NCBI RefSeq assembly: GCF_009914755.1
Contig: NC_060927.1
Origin: the human T2T-CHM13v2.0 reference genome, Homo sapiens
Strand: one strand, 5' to 3'
Length of the DNA: 64,000 bases
Positions 13,425 to 28,860 of the stretch are shown piece by piece. Position 1 is the first letter of the stretch, and every line of letters starts with the position of its first letter. The notes below the pieces were generated by a model. It was not told where the DNA came from. It saw only the letters and a program-made list of their open reading frames with translations, and made no database searches. Position numbers and translations under genes: made by a program.

Positions 13425-13844
13425 ACATGTACATATATCAACTGATTCATTTAGTCCTTTCTGAATTATAATTTAAAATACATATTGACATTTGGGATTT
13501 ATTAACCATCTATACATACAGACAAGTTTTTTTTTTATTAAAATATTCTTTCTTCACGTTTCCTTTTTTTATTTTCTTTCTTTTCTTCCCCTTCCTCTAC
13601 TTACTGTTAAAGAGCATTTCAATTGGGTACAATTTATTTAAAGTTGGTCTTTTCATGGAGCTCAAATCACTTAGTAGAAAAGGGAGTTAACAAAGTCATG
13701 GTTATCAGGTTGACTTCACAGGGAGAAATCTTTACCATAGCCCAATAAAATTAACTTTAGATTTGCCCCATTCTGTACCTATCTTTCCACATAGCATTAA
13801 TACTCTCATCAGTGAAACCTGAGGCCCACTAAAGCGTAGGCTAA

Positions 13845-14407
13845 TCTATGGGAGGAAAATATCTTTTTTTCTACTAATTTTAGGTTCATGGCTGAGGGCC
13901 CTATAATAAAAGACAGATTAACAAGAGAAATGCATACAAATGTATTCAGTTTAGTTTCGCATGTCATGGAAGTCTTCTTGAGGATATGCAAAGTCCACAA
14001 CATAGTTAAAACTAAGTGTTTTTCATGATAGGTTTAAGGAATAGTGGATAGTTGTGGAGAAACATGATAGATCATAGAGGGTGTGATCTAATGCAAGTAA
14101 ACCAATGGGGAGGAGTAGATCCCGCTTGGCAATACCTGTGTGTTCTGATTCTTCTCTGTGTCCTTGTCTTGAGAGGTAAGGATGTACCTTTCTTCCCTTT
14201 ATAGAGGAGACACTCCTAACGCAAAAGTTTTATCATTGGCTTTAGGAGAAAGTCAGGAGGTCCTTATTATGTTTTATGACCTGGTTCAGGGAAGAAGGGC
14301 ACAAGGAGCGGGGGTGACATTCCTGCTTCTACTGTTTTCTCAAATTACTTAAAATATTCAATTGCCAAGGTGACATATTTTGAGGTAGTGTGTCTTGAAC
14401 TCCATCA
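13845..14407 (-). mobile_element. ERV1 solo LTR, MER34-family-like (name tentative)
   Basis: ggttcatggctgagggccctataataaaagacagattaacaagagaaa...gccaaggtgacatattttgaggtagtgtgtcttgaactccatca. Confidence 0.65.
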
Positions 14408-14568
14408 GTAACAAGGGCCAGGTAGTTAACAAATGTGTGAACAGCCTTCATGGGAACTGTGGCAAACTTGACAGTGCCCTGAAAGGAGTGAGCATTAGAG
14501 ACGTAGCTTCTGGCTTTCGTTCTCCTGTATTATGACGGTTTGCTGCCTAGTGTTGCTAAACATTCTAG

Positions 14569-14883
<315 letters not shown>

Positions 14884-15567
14884 AGAATTTACATTTTAAA
14901 TGATATCTCCCAAATTTTTTTTAAATGCCTTTTTTGATCTTTCTGTTCTTTTCCTTTCCTTTTTTTTATTTTCTTTTTGAATATAGTACATCATACATAT
15001 CTGAAAATACTAATTTGGCACTTCTGACACAGATGTTGATATTTTTCCCAAAGGGTACTAAGTCAGAATATATTAACATTCTATTAGAAATCTACTCAAA
15101 TAGTTGCCACTGGGGTTTGACATGACAAGAATAGCATTTTCATTAAAGGACCAGAATGTGGCTCTAAGAAACTGTCTAGCCAAGCAAATAAATCTTGCAT
15201 AGAATCCCAAAATGCTATTGTTAACTGAGGCAGAGGTTTATGAAATACTTATCTATAAAAGCTGTACTTCAATATGGCAGCTTTGGGCTTGGGGAAGGAT
15301 TGGGGTAAGATATTTAAGGCAATTAATATATATTCACAGTGGTAGAAATGCTTGCTCTTCATTATTGCCTTCCAAACACTCAATTTTCTAACCTTCTGAA
15401 CACATTTTTCTTCTTTTCACATGGAAATGGTAAAGTCAGTAAGCCAATTCAGTAGACTGAAACCAGACATATTTACATGGTAAGTTTTGTTGTAGAGATG
15501 GTGGTGCAGGTTTATTTTTGCTGTTTTAATGCAACTCTGGATGCCAAATTGGAGATTGTTGTATGCC

Positions 15568-16326
15568 AATTGTTCTCAGTGTCAACCTAAAATAAAAACA
15601 GAAAGAGAGAGACTCTCCCAAAAAATGATTTTACTTGAGAATAAATAACAGAGGATTGTAATCCAGGACACACAAGCTATGAAAAAAATCATAGGTGTAT
15701 CCAGATAACCTGAGATAATGAGAAATTTTTAAAGGCAAAAAGGAGTCCTCATAAACTGCTCCGAATAAAGGTATGTTGGTCACAGAAGCTCATTTCTGGA
15801 GCTGATGTCAGCCCGTTGGTAAACATACCCATTGCTAGGCAAGTGTTCTTGTGAAAGCATCTAATCTGTAACACTGCTGTCTTGAAGAATTTCTTAGATA
15901 AATCTTGTTGAAAAAATATATGTGGACATATAGAAAAAGCCAGCCAGGTAAGGTAAGATATGAAACACATATAGGACATACAGAAACTTTTTGTGGACTT
16001 CAGAAAAGCCTTTTTGATAATTCTTATCTCAAACACGGATGAGTCCCCTTCTTTCATGACTTCCCAGCTATACCTTGTTTGGGTCTGACAGGAGTGACTT
16101 CATCTTAGTATCAGCAATGTTCACGTTCAACTTTCACGTCAGTTTTGAGTTCATATTAGAATAATCTGGGGAACTTTCAAAAACTCTGATGTCCTGGCTG
16201 CTTCCCATTATAATTAAATTAGAGCCTTTTGGTGGCGTATGAAAGGGATCCAGACATCAGTATTTTTCTAAACTCTTTAGTTAGAAAGAGCAGCCTTAAA
16301 TGATGCAGCTAAGGCAGAGAACTATC
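15568..16326 (+). mobile_element. MER5-family MITE split by the LTR insertion
   Basis: TIR-like caattgttctca lies left of the LTR; body cattagaataatctggggaactttc...gcagctaaggcagagaactat lies right of it. Confidence 0.7.
15580..16138 (-). mobile_element. ERV1 solo LTR related to the proviral LTRs (MER89-like; name tentative)
   Basis: Starts tgtcaacctaaa and ends caactttcacg; perfect 4-bp TSD TCAG at 15576-15579 and 16139-16142. Confidence 0.8.
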
Positions 16327-16779
16327 ATTCTCAGTGATTTCCAGTAGTAATTTTTATCTCCATGACAGGAATCTCAAAAACCATGAGGCCCAGCTAAATT
16401 ATATGTATCCAATTATTTAACAGAAATTTGTTAAAATATTTTGGTAGAAATATGCCTGTAATAATAAGGGAAAGTTGATTTGATCTGGAATTTAGTTAAA
16501 TTGTAGAAGAAAGAAAATCACATAGAAATTGTCTTTTGAGTGAATCTGAACAATAAATATGTATTTTTGGCCAACGTAGAATGAGATATTGGGTGGGATA
16601 GAGTAAGCATGGGTGAGAACAATTTGTCCAACTTTGATTGTCTAAGGACAATCTATCTGTATACAACTCACAAGTTGATTATACTCCCTAAAATTTAGTA
16701 CATAGAACACTGTTAAAATTTTTTTTCATTTATTATATTAAATAAATTAACTTTAAAATTTTGATAACATTTGCCAGAG

Positions 16780-17189
16780 TGAAGTTCTCAAACTTTAATG
16801 TACATCATAATCATCTGGAGGGCTTATTAAAACACAGATTGCGAGATCAGCCCAGCAAACATGGTGAAATCCCATCTCTACTAAAAATACAAAAATTACA
16901 CGGGTATGGTGGTGCGCACCTGTAGTCCCAGCTACTCCGGAGGCCAAGGCAGGAGAATTGCCTGAATCCTGGAGGCGGAGGTGCAGTGAGCCCAGATCAT
17001 GCCACTGCACTCCAGCCTGGGTGACAGAGAGAGACTCCGTCACAAACCAGAAACAACACAGATTGCTTCTGCTTCATCTTCCAGTTTCTGAATTGACAGG
17101 TCGGGGTGGGGCCCCCAAATTTTTATTGCTAACAAGTGCCAGGTGATGCTGCTGCTGCTAGTGCAAGCACAATGCTTTGGGAACCACTG
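16780..17189 (-). mobile_element. MER5A interrupted by an Alu
   Basis: gttctcaaactttaatgtacatcataatcatctggagggcttattaaaacacagattgc ... ctaacaagtgccaggtgatgctg...tttgggaaccactg. Confidence 0.85.
16843..17054 (+). mobile_element. 5'-truncated AluS
   Basis: Begins at gagatcagcc; TSD aacacagattgc at 16831-16842 and 17055-17066. Confidence 0.92.
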
Positions 17190-18759
17190 TCCTATAAAGG
17201 ATACCTCATCAATCTGGCGATATGGTCAGGATTTAGATGAGAAACTTTTTAGTAAACTATTTTACTTTTGTGAGCCTCCTCATCTACAAAACAAAGAGGT
17301 TGGACTAGATTGTATCTCCTACAAAGAAACATTGGATAGGTTAATAATGAGAATCCCTTCGAACTGAAAATATTCTTTAGAATAGGATAAGTGTTTTACG
17401 AAAGAAGGGCAAAGAAGTATTCAGTCTCTACTATAAATAAGAAATTCAGATTATTCCTAAACTTTAATACCCAGTTAGCAAAAAGAAGCCCAGTACCTAG
17501 ACAGACCCTTTATACCTTGACAGTAGTTTGGAGATCATTTTTCCTCTCTTTTATATCTCATCACATCCTCTGAGAGCTGCGAGATATTTTTCATAGTGTG
17601 TTTTCCAGTCGCTGGTCTTGCTGTCTCTGAAAGGAGTCCTGTTATTTATACATATTTTTTCATCTAATTACATTTCCATTGAGGTCTTACTGCTCTACAG
17701 AGATTGCTACCTTTTAGCTATTGGCTGATCCACCTTTTAAATCTAGTTTTTCTAAATTCTCAAACAGTTCTGGGTAGCATTCTCTCATCTGGATTGCAAA
17801 CAGATGAGGTTCTAGTAGAACTCCAGGGACTTTATGCTTCAAAGCATATAATGATGGTTGGACCAGTGGAGGGAGCTATTTACTTGAGAATCACTGACCT
17901 TTTTGGTATAAGGCAAATATGAACACACTTTGTTGCTGGTGACGAAGCCGGTGCTAAAACACTTATCCCTCTGAGTCAGCATTTTCACTGAGCTACACCA
18001 CTTATTTTGCTTTTAATTTGGAAAGAGATTTACCTTACATTATTGCCTCAAAGGACTGTTCCTTCAATGGCTTTTGTGACTAAGTGGAATGTTGGTAAGA
18101 GCTGAAAGTAGGAGATGATCTATAAGGTAGGACAAGAGAAAGGCTATTTGCTAAATAAGGTGAACAGTTCCTTATTAGTAAGCATATTTGAGGATGCTCA
18201 GTCTTAACTCATATAAGCAATAAATTACCTCTGATAAGAAAAGTAAAAAAAAAAGTACTTCTCCCTCAGTGCATATTTAACTTTCAAGTCACATTATCTT
18301 CGGAGTTCCAGAGTTAATGATTATTTATTTTAATAGAATGAGTAGATTTAAATTGATTAAATATAGTGTTGAATTTCAGGACTGATGAGGAGTGCCACTA
18401 ATCTGAAGAAGGCCAGATGTATGAATGGAAGAGAATATTTAATGATGTTTGATAAAATTTAAGAATGCTAGGCTAATAAAAGGATAACATGAAATTAACC
18501 TTTTAGATTCCAGAGTTTAAATTTCTGTTACATGTTTTTCTGTGCCATGCTATGGTTTATGATAGTTCAGAATATCTGATAAGCCTGTAATTTATACATG
18601 TTTTTGTTTTTGAATGAGACTATGAACAATAATAAACAAAGCTTAGTTTACAAGATATTTAACAATTTGTTTCTAATTTTTACAACTGTGTACATTTTTG
18701 TCATAGTTAATGTAATTGAAAATGATGGCTCAAAAGAATGGAGAGGAAACAGAGATGTA

Positions 18760-18890
18760 GTCAAGGGACTAGGTTCTAAAGCTGCCTTCTCTTCTAGTTG
18801 TGTAATATTTAGGTAATTGCTTACCCTCAGTGGGTTTCAATTTCCTTAATTTAAAATTACAAGGTTTAACTTCTAGGCCTTTCCAGTTTT
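18760..18890 (+). mobile_element. MIR fragment
   Basis: MIR core ctagttgtgtaatatttaggtaattgcttaccctcagtgggtttcaatttcc. Confidence 0.6.
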
Positions 18891-19267
18891 GATATTTTGA
18901 TTTGTTAAAAGTGATTCTTGGTTATAGTTAGGCCACTTAGTTTACCAAATTAAACTGAAAAGCTGAGCATCCCGAGCGTGTTTTAAAATCACATTGATTC
19001 AAATACAGATTCATATGTGGAAAATGGTCAAAGTTTAATGTTATATGGTTAAAAAATACATATATTTTAAGTTATAATTTTTGATCACAGTTATCTGAGA
19101 ATTAGTAATAACTTTTACTAATATATTTTGTTTCATTATTAAAATTACTAATTTTTTACCATTTTTACATAATGTGCTTTTATAATTCTTTTAGTCTTCA
19201 AAAATATTAAAATTCCTCCCTCCCTCCCAAATATGGTGTAGTTAGAATCTTTAAAAGGTAACGTTGA

Positions 19268-19413
19268 GGCCAGTGGTAGTGCCTCATGCCTGCCCTCTAA
19301 TCCCAGCTACTCAGGAGCCTGAAGCCAGAGGTTCACCTGAGCCCAGGAGTTTGACGCTACAGTGAGCTAAGATCACACTTCAGCCTGGGCGAGACCCTGT
19401 CTCTTAAAAAAAA
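19268..19413 (+). mobile_element. Alu monomer (FRAM-like)
   Basis: Single arm: aatcccagctactcaggag...gagcccaggagttt...cagtgagcta...gagaccctgtctc followed by an A tail. Confidence 0.8.
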
Positions 19414-20738
19414 TTAGTCTAGGTTTACATAAGAAAATAATGTCAAATAAATGTATATTATACATTACATACTGATACATTTTATTTGGAAAAAATGCTG
19501 TAAATATAATTTAGAAAGCTGATAACTAGCTTTTAGAAATCCCATTAAGGTCTTTAAAATATTGTTACACCACTCTTAATTAGACTGAGAGCCTTGTGAA
19601 CTGCTTTGTAGTCTAGTCAAGTCTGTTAAGTTCTATGAATTCCTTGGTTGAGATTTTCTACCGATAGATGGCAGTTTTCTGTGATTAAAAAAAAAAAATC
19701 AAGTTCAGAAGCCTTTGCAGAGCAATCTGTTTAGTTTTGCAAGGCTTGCTCTTCCTACTAAAAGTTTAGAAATATGACATATGATATGCTTCTCTTGCCC
19801 AGAGAGAGATTACTTCGTGATAATATACAGATTTGGATTTTGAATTGCATTTCAGGCAATCAGAGATGTCACTAAAGATTTTATTTCATGTACAAGTACA
19901 TATGTAGTTCTTGCTGTAAATCTCATCTCTAGAAAGCATTAATGTAACTTATTTAACAACAAATGTATTAGAAAATAATGGAGAACTACGTGTATAGTAT
20001 TTTCCTTTAATCATCGTTATCTTTTATACAAATAACCATGAGAATATAAGTTTGATGTACTTGACAACTTCCTTTTTCAGAATATGTTTAGCTTTCTGGA
20101 TTTAGGACTACAGCCTTCTACCATTTTGTGTAAAGACATTTCTAGTCTATTTATTACTGATTACTTTTATATGATTCTTAACATAATAAATTCAAAATCA
20201 TACCCTTAAAACTTCACCTTGGCCGCATGCATTCAATTTTATGTTTCCTCTGCTGGCCTGAAATCACTAATGAAAGCCTGAATGTTGTAAGACAATGAGG
20301 ATTGCCCATCAGTTACAGAGATTAGTCAACTGTGTAATGAAGTCTTGTTTGTTTGCTTTCTTTTATATAGCACTTAGTGTATCTCAACACATTTTCAGCT
20401 GCTTGGTGATATTGCTCATTTCAACATTTCGCCTAAACTTTTTGCGTCATTTTACTAACCATTACTGAACTTTATTTCATTTTGTATACCTAGTAAGGCA
20501 GTGCCAAAGTAATTGGAACTTGAGCAGATAATAGGCACTAAAATAGGATAACAGCAATACTAAAAGAGAAGGCATCAAAGATGATAAGAAATCAGAAACT
20601 ACATTTACTATATTTCTGTACACATTATTTACAAGGTTTTAAAACTAAAGTAAAAAGCAAATACATGTTTATGATTATAAATACATACCTACATATATAT
20701 ATAGTAGGATTACAACAGTAAAATATGTAAGTCCCCTA

Positions 20739-21835
<1,097 letters not shown>

Positions 21836-22027
21836 ACTATCCTATTCCATTTTTAATAGTCTGGTCTGTATCCTTCTCAGCTTTTGCCCATGTGGACTCT
21901 GTGCCAGACTTAATTTGAATCAAAGAAAAAGAAGTAAGTTATGCTATATTATGAAGATTAATGAGAGCACCAAAATTTAAATATGTATCACAATTGTATG
22001 AATTAAAATATATTTTATATGTTCTTA

Positions 22028-22141
22028 TTTTTTTAAGAGATGGGGTCTCATTATGTTGCCCAGCCTGGCCTCAAACTCCTGGGCTGTAGCATTTCTGAAG
22101 GTCCTAACTAGCTGGGATTACAGACGCACCATTGTTCCTGG
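22028..22141 (-). mobile_element. FLAM-like Alu monomer
   Basis: gagatggggtctcattatgttgcccagcctggcctcaaactcctgggct...gctgggattacag. Confidence 0.8.
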
Positions 22142-22599
22142 TTTATGTTTTTAAAATTTTTTTCCATATTGAATGATTTTGCTTTTAATTCTAATTTTGA
22201 CATTAATACAGATACTACTTTTTTATTAGTATTATCTTAGCATATTTGTGCGTCTTTTTATTTTTAACCTTTTTAACATTCTAATTTAATTACTCGTATA
22301 TAGCATTTCAGCAATTTTTGTAAGTTCAACAAATGCTAGCTTCTATTACATATATGCATATACATACACAAAACAAACATTTGAAATACAGGGAAATTTC
22401 AGCCTGAAAGCTCACAATCTACCACTAATAGTTTTGTTTTGCTGAAAATTAATCACATGTATCTTTACTGAAAATAATTAATTTGACAATATTATTTTTA
22501 ACAATTAAGGAATCATAACTTTTTAAATCATATTTCTAAGAATTTTCTGAGGCTGTTTCAGGAATGCTTTATCATTCTATTGCCAAGTATTAGTCAGCA

Positions 22600-23070
22600 A
22601 TTTTGGCTGGAAGCCTACAAGCAGAATGGAGGTGTTGTAAGCTGAAAATAAACGTATTAAAAGGTGTTGGGTAGCTCAAAAAACAAAACAAACAGAAAAT
22701 GGAAATAAGTAAGGAAGTTAGGCAATATCCAGTCCTGTGACAAAAACAAGTTCAGCAAAGCATTTTGTGCTGTAATTTTGCTGATCATTAGATGCCACAG
22801 ATTGCTCTACTACTAGTAAGCAACAGTGGCCTCTGGATAAAGCTGCTGTTGTCACTGCCACTTCTGTTCCTGGAGACCACTGCACCTCCTGCCACTGCAA
22901 CGGATTCTCTGTTGTCTGAATAAGAGCATCTGAGTGTTGTACTTAGGTCACTCGCTCATGGCCTAAAAACAAGGGAGTCCTGATAATTTGTTTGTCTTTA
23001 TCTGGGCTTTCTGCCTTCTAGAGTCGGGATCAATTCTACCTGCAACCAAGATTCACAGAGCAGCAATGTT
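22600..23070. mobile_element. old ERVL/MaLR-type LTR remnant (LTR33/MLT1-like)
   Basis: gagcatctga...cttaggtcac motif and higher GC than the flanks; heavily diverged. Confidence 0.35.
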
Positions 23071-23342
23071 CCAATATAGAAACAGAGTTTATATTCAGGG
23101 TAACAACTATAAGACAAATAATGACTGCTACAGAGCAGCCATTAAAGAGATTGAGAAGTTAAGATTTAATATTGTAAATTAACTTTTGGGATAAATAGTC
23201 ATACTTGAATCACAAAAATGTAACCTGTAAGGAACCATGGAAACCATCTCATGTAGCTGCTTTTTTTTTTTTTTTTTCCTGTTAGGCAACTGAGTATGAG
23301 TGATTAAGTGTCTTGTCCATTGAAAAAATAGCATACTGTTTG

Positions 23343-23560
23343 TTAATTCATTTCTTTAGTAAATACTTATTGAGCACCTAATACATACTGGACACAACAC
23401 TTATTGCTGGGAAAACGGTAATAATAATAATATAAAAACAGCAACAATACATTCCCTATTGTCAAATATCTTATATTCTAACAAGAGGAAACTGACAGAA
23501 AAAAAAAACAGTAATCAGATTAAGAGGAATGATATTTTCAGAAAGTAAATATTTATGTAA
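23343..23560 (-). mobile_element. L2 3' fragment
   Basis: attcattt...aaatacttattgagcacctaatacatactggacac. Confidence 0.65.
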
Positions 23561-23790
23561 TGGGGAGTGACCAGGTGTGAATATTAGTATGATTACCAAT
23601 TCTATGTATTTTTTTCTGAAAACTTATACTTTTTCCTATTCAGTATTTAACAGTTTCATATGAATATTTTTCGGGATAATTTTCTTAATTTACTTTTGCC
23701 ACTTGGTGGTACTTTTCAGTATAAAGACTCTAATCTTTCTTCAGCTCATAGATTCTTTTTTGTTATTTCTTTGACTTTTTTTCCTCTCCA

Positions 23791-23855
23791 TCTTATCTGT
23801 TGGAGAATATCTATCTATGTTGTAGAATATCTTATCTATGTTGTAGAATATCTTA
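23791..23855. repeat. ~21-bp tandem repeat, about 3 copies
   Basis: Units of tcttatctatgttgtagaata. Confidence 0.85.
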
Positions 23856-25129
23856 ATCAAGGGATATTATTCAGACAGGGACATATATGCCCTATCTCTT
23901 AGCATTTTATTTCTGCTTTAGAATAGTACTTTTGCTTGTTCTTTTTGGGTAACTTTATCTATAAACCTGCCCCATCTGTTATTCAGTGTGTATATTAAGA
24001 ATCTACTTTTGTTATTATTGTTATTCTGTTTTGTTGTGCATAGGGGAGAATATCAATTATGATTTTGAGTTCCAAAAACTGAATCGTTTAAAAATATTTT
24101 ATTCTTTTTTCTTTTTTTACTTTCCAATGGAAATCTTTATCATATTACTTTTAAATAAATTTTTATTTAACATTTTTACTTGTTTATTTGCTTTATTTTA
24201 AAGCTTATTTCCTTTTTTAACATTTTCCTTACATTAATATTAAATACAAAATAAATATTACTTAATATTTTTACTTATTTACTTATTTTATGTATTTACT
24301 TTAAATTTATTTCCTTATTTTAGTATTTTAGTCTTTTTCTTCTATTAGTTTTATTTTTTCTGTTAGCTTTATTTTCTTGAACTGTAGTTATTTCTTCCTT
24401 TTGTTCACGGTGATTGTTTTATTCGTTTATGGTTTTAATGTTGTTTCCCTGAAATATTTGGTGTCTCAGGATTTTCTACTCCTTTTTAAGTGTAAGGATT
24501 TAAGTTAATGCATGATATTGGCTGATAGCTAGAGTGTGTTTTCTCAGTAAAGGGAGAGCCAAAGATATTATTTACAATCAAACTGATTTTCATACATATA
24601 AAATCTACAAACTGTAATGAACAGGGAGAATTACAAGTAATGAAAATAGGTTACGATTCCTGGAGACATGGTTTAGTAGTTACAGAATGGTAAGTTACAG
24701 ACAGGCTTGTTTAGAGAGTAGAGGTAACTAATTTTGTGTGGGTGAGGTTCCACAAGCTCATTACTTGGGGCAACTGTTCTGCTTGGTCTCAATAATCACT
24801 GAGAATCTTCAGTGGCAGAACTTACTAATTTCTGATGCTAGGAGTCCTTATTTTACTTCACTGAGATTTTAAAAAGCCCTTTAATTAATTACTCAATGAA
24901 TTAATTGAGTAATTACACGATTAAAATTTAATTAATGTAATTATATGATTGCAGTTTATTTGGAAGTAAATATAAGTGTAGAAGAAATATATTTTCAACA
25001 TGCAATATCTCAACAGTTTATCTCCCATCATTTCTCAAGAATCCCCTGGAGCATCTCTTCTATCAAAACTGTAGAGTCAACCAAGAAGGAAGAAGCTATA
25101 GATCCAATGCAGGGAGAAAAGTTTTATTT

Positions 25130-25280
25130 TAAAATACTACATGTCATTGAACTTTGTAGATTAACTTCTCTAAGCACTTTTTATGTATTAATTCATTTAT
25201 ATGTCATAACACCCCTAAGAATTAAGATTTGAACACAGTTAGAATTTACTTCAAAGTCTATACTTGTAAGCTCTACAATG
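25130..25280 (-). mobile_element. MIR fragment
   Basis: ctaagcactttttatgtattaattcatttatatgtcataacacccct...gatttgaacacag. Confidence 0.6.
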
Positions 25281-25674
25281 TGCTGCCTCTCCCTGTGCAG
25301 TGCTGAGAAGGAAATTAGAATTATGGCCACAGCTATGCAGCAGCCTTTGAAAGCTATGTTCCTCTCCAGGTATTTTGAGAGCAATGGGAGAAACTGAGAG
25401 ACTGTGATGTTTGACCATATGGATAGTTGAATGCACTATTTTACTTCTATTAAAGGAAGTTATATGAAGATAAATTTTAATTAATAGGCTACTCTATGAT
25501 GTGAGAATGGTCAGTATAAAGGACCAAATAAAACTAAAAATGTGAAAAAAGTATTAATTACAAACTCCAGAAAAAAAAAAACACACAAACAGACACGCAC
25601 TCACACACACACATTACACACACAAGAAAATGTAATTTTGAGTATGTTAACTGACTCGAAAGTAACAATATTTA

Positions 25675-26031
<357 letters not shown>

Positions 26032-26893
26032 CTATTTACTGTAATGGAAAGACAGTAGATCCTTTACTAATTGATAAACATCAAGTTGGTAGAATTTGCA
26101 TGTAATTTGGAAATACAAAAGTAAACGCTAGGAGAAACAATTAAAAGAGCTTCAAATTTCCTAATTCTGGAGAACAGAATTATAAGGCAATGGCCTGTTT
26201 TTTTCTTTAAACAACTTTCAACTTTTTTCACCTTTAATTTGAATTTTTAAAACAAGGTACAAACCATTTGCTAAAAGCAATAAAAGTTTTCAAATGGAAT
26301 TGCAGATGAGAGAGCACAAGAGATGAATTTATGGAAGAAAGCTTTTCAGAAACCAAAGAAGAGAGAAAGAAAGAAAAAAGAGTTAATTCCGTAGTTATTC
26401 ATTAGGCTCTATTATTAGTTTGGACTTAGAATTTAAAATGTCATTATAGCTAATTATTTTGTTTTACCTTGATGTTTGGTAAATTTAATCTCTCTAGATA
26501 CAACTCATCATCCTCTGTGCCGTATGTATTCTTCTATGCTCCCATCTAAGTTAATTGTACCTGTTTTTCCCATGTGTCTCATGTTTCAGTGGTGACAACC
26601 ACAATCTACCAAGTCATCTCAACTAGAACTATGGAGTCATCTTTGGCCTCTCCACCCTTCTTATCTCCACAGGTCACAATCTTCTGCCAATTCTATTTAA
26701 TAGTATATCCATTCTCTCCTTGTTATTCTCCTCATTATTCTTATGTTTCCAGTTTTTATTGTTTTTTGTCTGGCTTACTGCAAGATTTCTAAACTAGAAA
26801 CTCCGAAGTTATCTCTTTTATAATAATTTCAAAAGTATTCAAAAGCTGAGAGAAAAGTATAATGAATCCCCACAGCACCTAATTTAAAATATT

Positions 26894-27183
<290 letters not shown>

Positions 27184-27399
27184 CTAAGTTAATACCAGTA
27201 AGGCAATCTGTGAGCTTATTTACTTTTCATTTGCAATCTGTATTCCCCCACAATATTTTTTGACAGTTATATATTTTCAAAGTATGTATGTATTATGTAC
27301 TATATAATTTCCTTTTAATCTCCATTTAATTTTAGTTATAGGTTATATTTATTATTTGCTACAATTCCTTATGCTCATGTATTTACAGTCATTTTTGTT

Positions 27400-28260
27400 G
27401 TGAGAAGCTTGTTTAAAGGGAAGGGCTCATTGAATACAATATTCCCTGTTCATTACAGTTTATAACCTACATGCTTGAAAGTAAGCTTGATTGTAGATAA
27501 AATTTTAGGCTCACATTTTCATTCATTAACATATTATTCTATTTTGGGGAGCATGTTATGGTTGAATAATCTGGTAACAATCTGATTTTTTTTCCTTAAG
27601 TCACTTCCTTTTTTTGCCTGTAAGGAAAAAAATGTTCACTGTTGTTAGAATCTAATGGTTGTACCGGTGTGCTCTGTTTTGTTCTTCTGGGTCAGTTTTC
27701 CCAAGTATGTTGTCTATCTTTCAATGTGTTGTTTCAACTATTCTTTTATTTTAGAAAAAATGTTTTAAATCATAGTTTTAACTGTATATTACATTTCATT
27801 ACTTTGATTTTTTCACCTCTTAGTATCTATTAAATACTTTGGATCTATTTCTTTCCTTCTTTTTGATTAAAGCAATTTCTTCCTTTCCATTTTCTATTCC
27901 TCTTAACAGAAAGAATAAAACTTCTAATCTACTTTCTAATTCTGATTGTTTCTTCTAATTATTTCTTAAATTATGTAATATTTTTCTTGCAATCCTCTCT
28001 TCTTCAATCCCCTTATATCTGAGTTTTTCTATTTTTAAAGTTTGTTTTTCGGTGTTCTATAATTTTATTAAGTTTCTTTAGCTTGTTTTGAAATACTTCG
28101 TTTTTTTTTTCTGTTTGATTGATGGTAGATTCTTTTTTGGGTGTGCCTTTATTTGTAGTAGGTAAATTATTCTGTATATTGTTCTTATTTCCTTTATATT
28201 TGCATAATTTTTACTACAATTTTTTTCTACTGCTCATATGCAAATGAAATTTATCTTTTT
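27400..28260 (-). mobile_element. ancient L1M/HAL1-like remnant
   Basis: T-rich, with gcttgattgtagataaaattttaggctcaca resembling the antisense ORF1 region of old L1; degraded. Confidence 0.35.
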
Positions 28261-28317
28261 ATGCTCTTAAAGAAGAGGATAGATCAAGATAGCCTTACCA
28301 ACCTAAAGGCATTAGAA

Positions 28318-28704
28318 CCTCCCTCCCTCCCTCCCTTCCTTCCTTCTTTCCTTCCTTCCTTTCTTTCTTCCTTCCTCCCCCCTCCCTCCCTCCCTTCCTT
28401 CCTTCCTTCCTCCCCCCTCCGTTCCTTCCTTCCTTCCTCCCACCTTCCTTCCTTCCTTCCTTCCCCCTCCCTTCACCTCCCTTCCTCCCTTCTTTCCTTC
28501 CTTCCTTCCTTCCCCCTCCCTTCACCTCCCTTCCTCCCTTCTTTCCTTCCTTCCTCCCTTCTTCCTGCCTTCCTTCCTTCCTTCCTTCCTCCCTTCTTTC
28601 CTTCCTTCCTTCCTCCCTCCCTCCCTTCCTTCCTTCTTCCCCCCTCCCCCCTCCCTTCACCCCTCCCGTCCTCCCCCCTCCCTTCACGCCTCTTTCTTTC
28701 TTTC

Positions 28705-28774
<70 letters not shown>

Positions 28775-28860
28775 TTCCTTCCTTCCTTCCTTCCTTCCTT
28801 CTTTTCTTTCTTTCTTCCGTTCTTTCTCTTTTCTTTCTCTCTTTCCCTTCTTCCTTTTTT
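28318..28860. repeat. complex (CCTT)n/(CTTT)n homopyrimidine tract forming the expanded Alu tail
   Basis: About 540 bp almost entirely C/T, continuous with the Alu 3' end. Confidence 0.97.

Noticed and set aside
23791-23855. Short repeats as a CRISPR-like array
   Set aside because: The copies are head-to-tail without unique spacers, there are no cas genes, and the context is eukaryotic.
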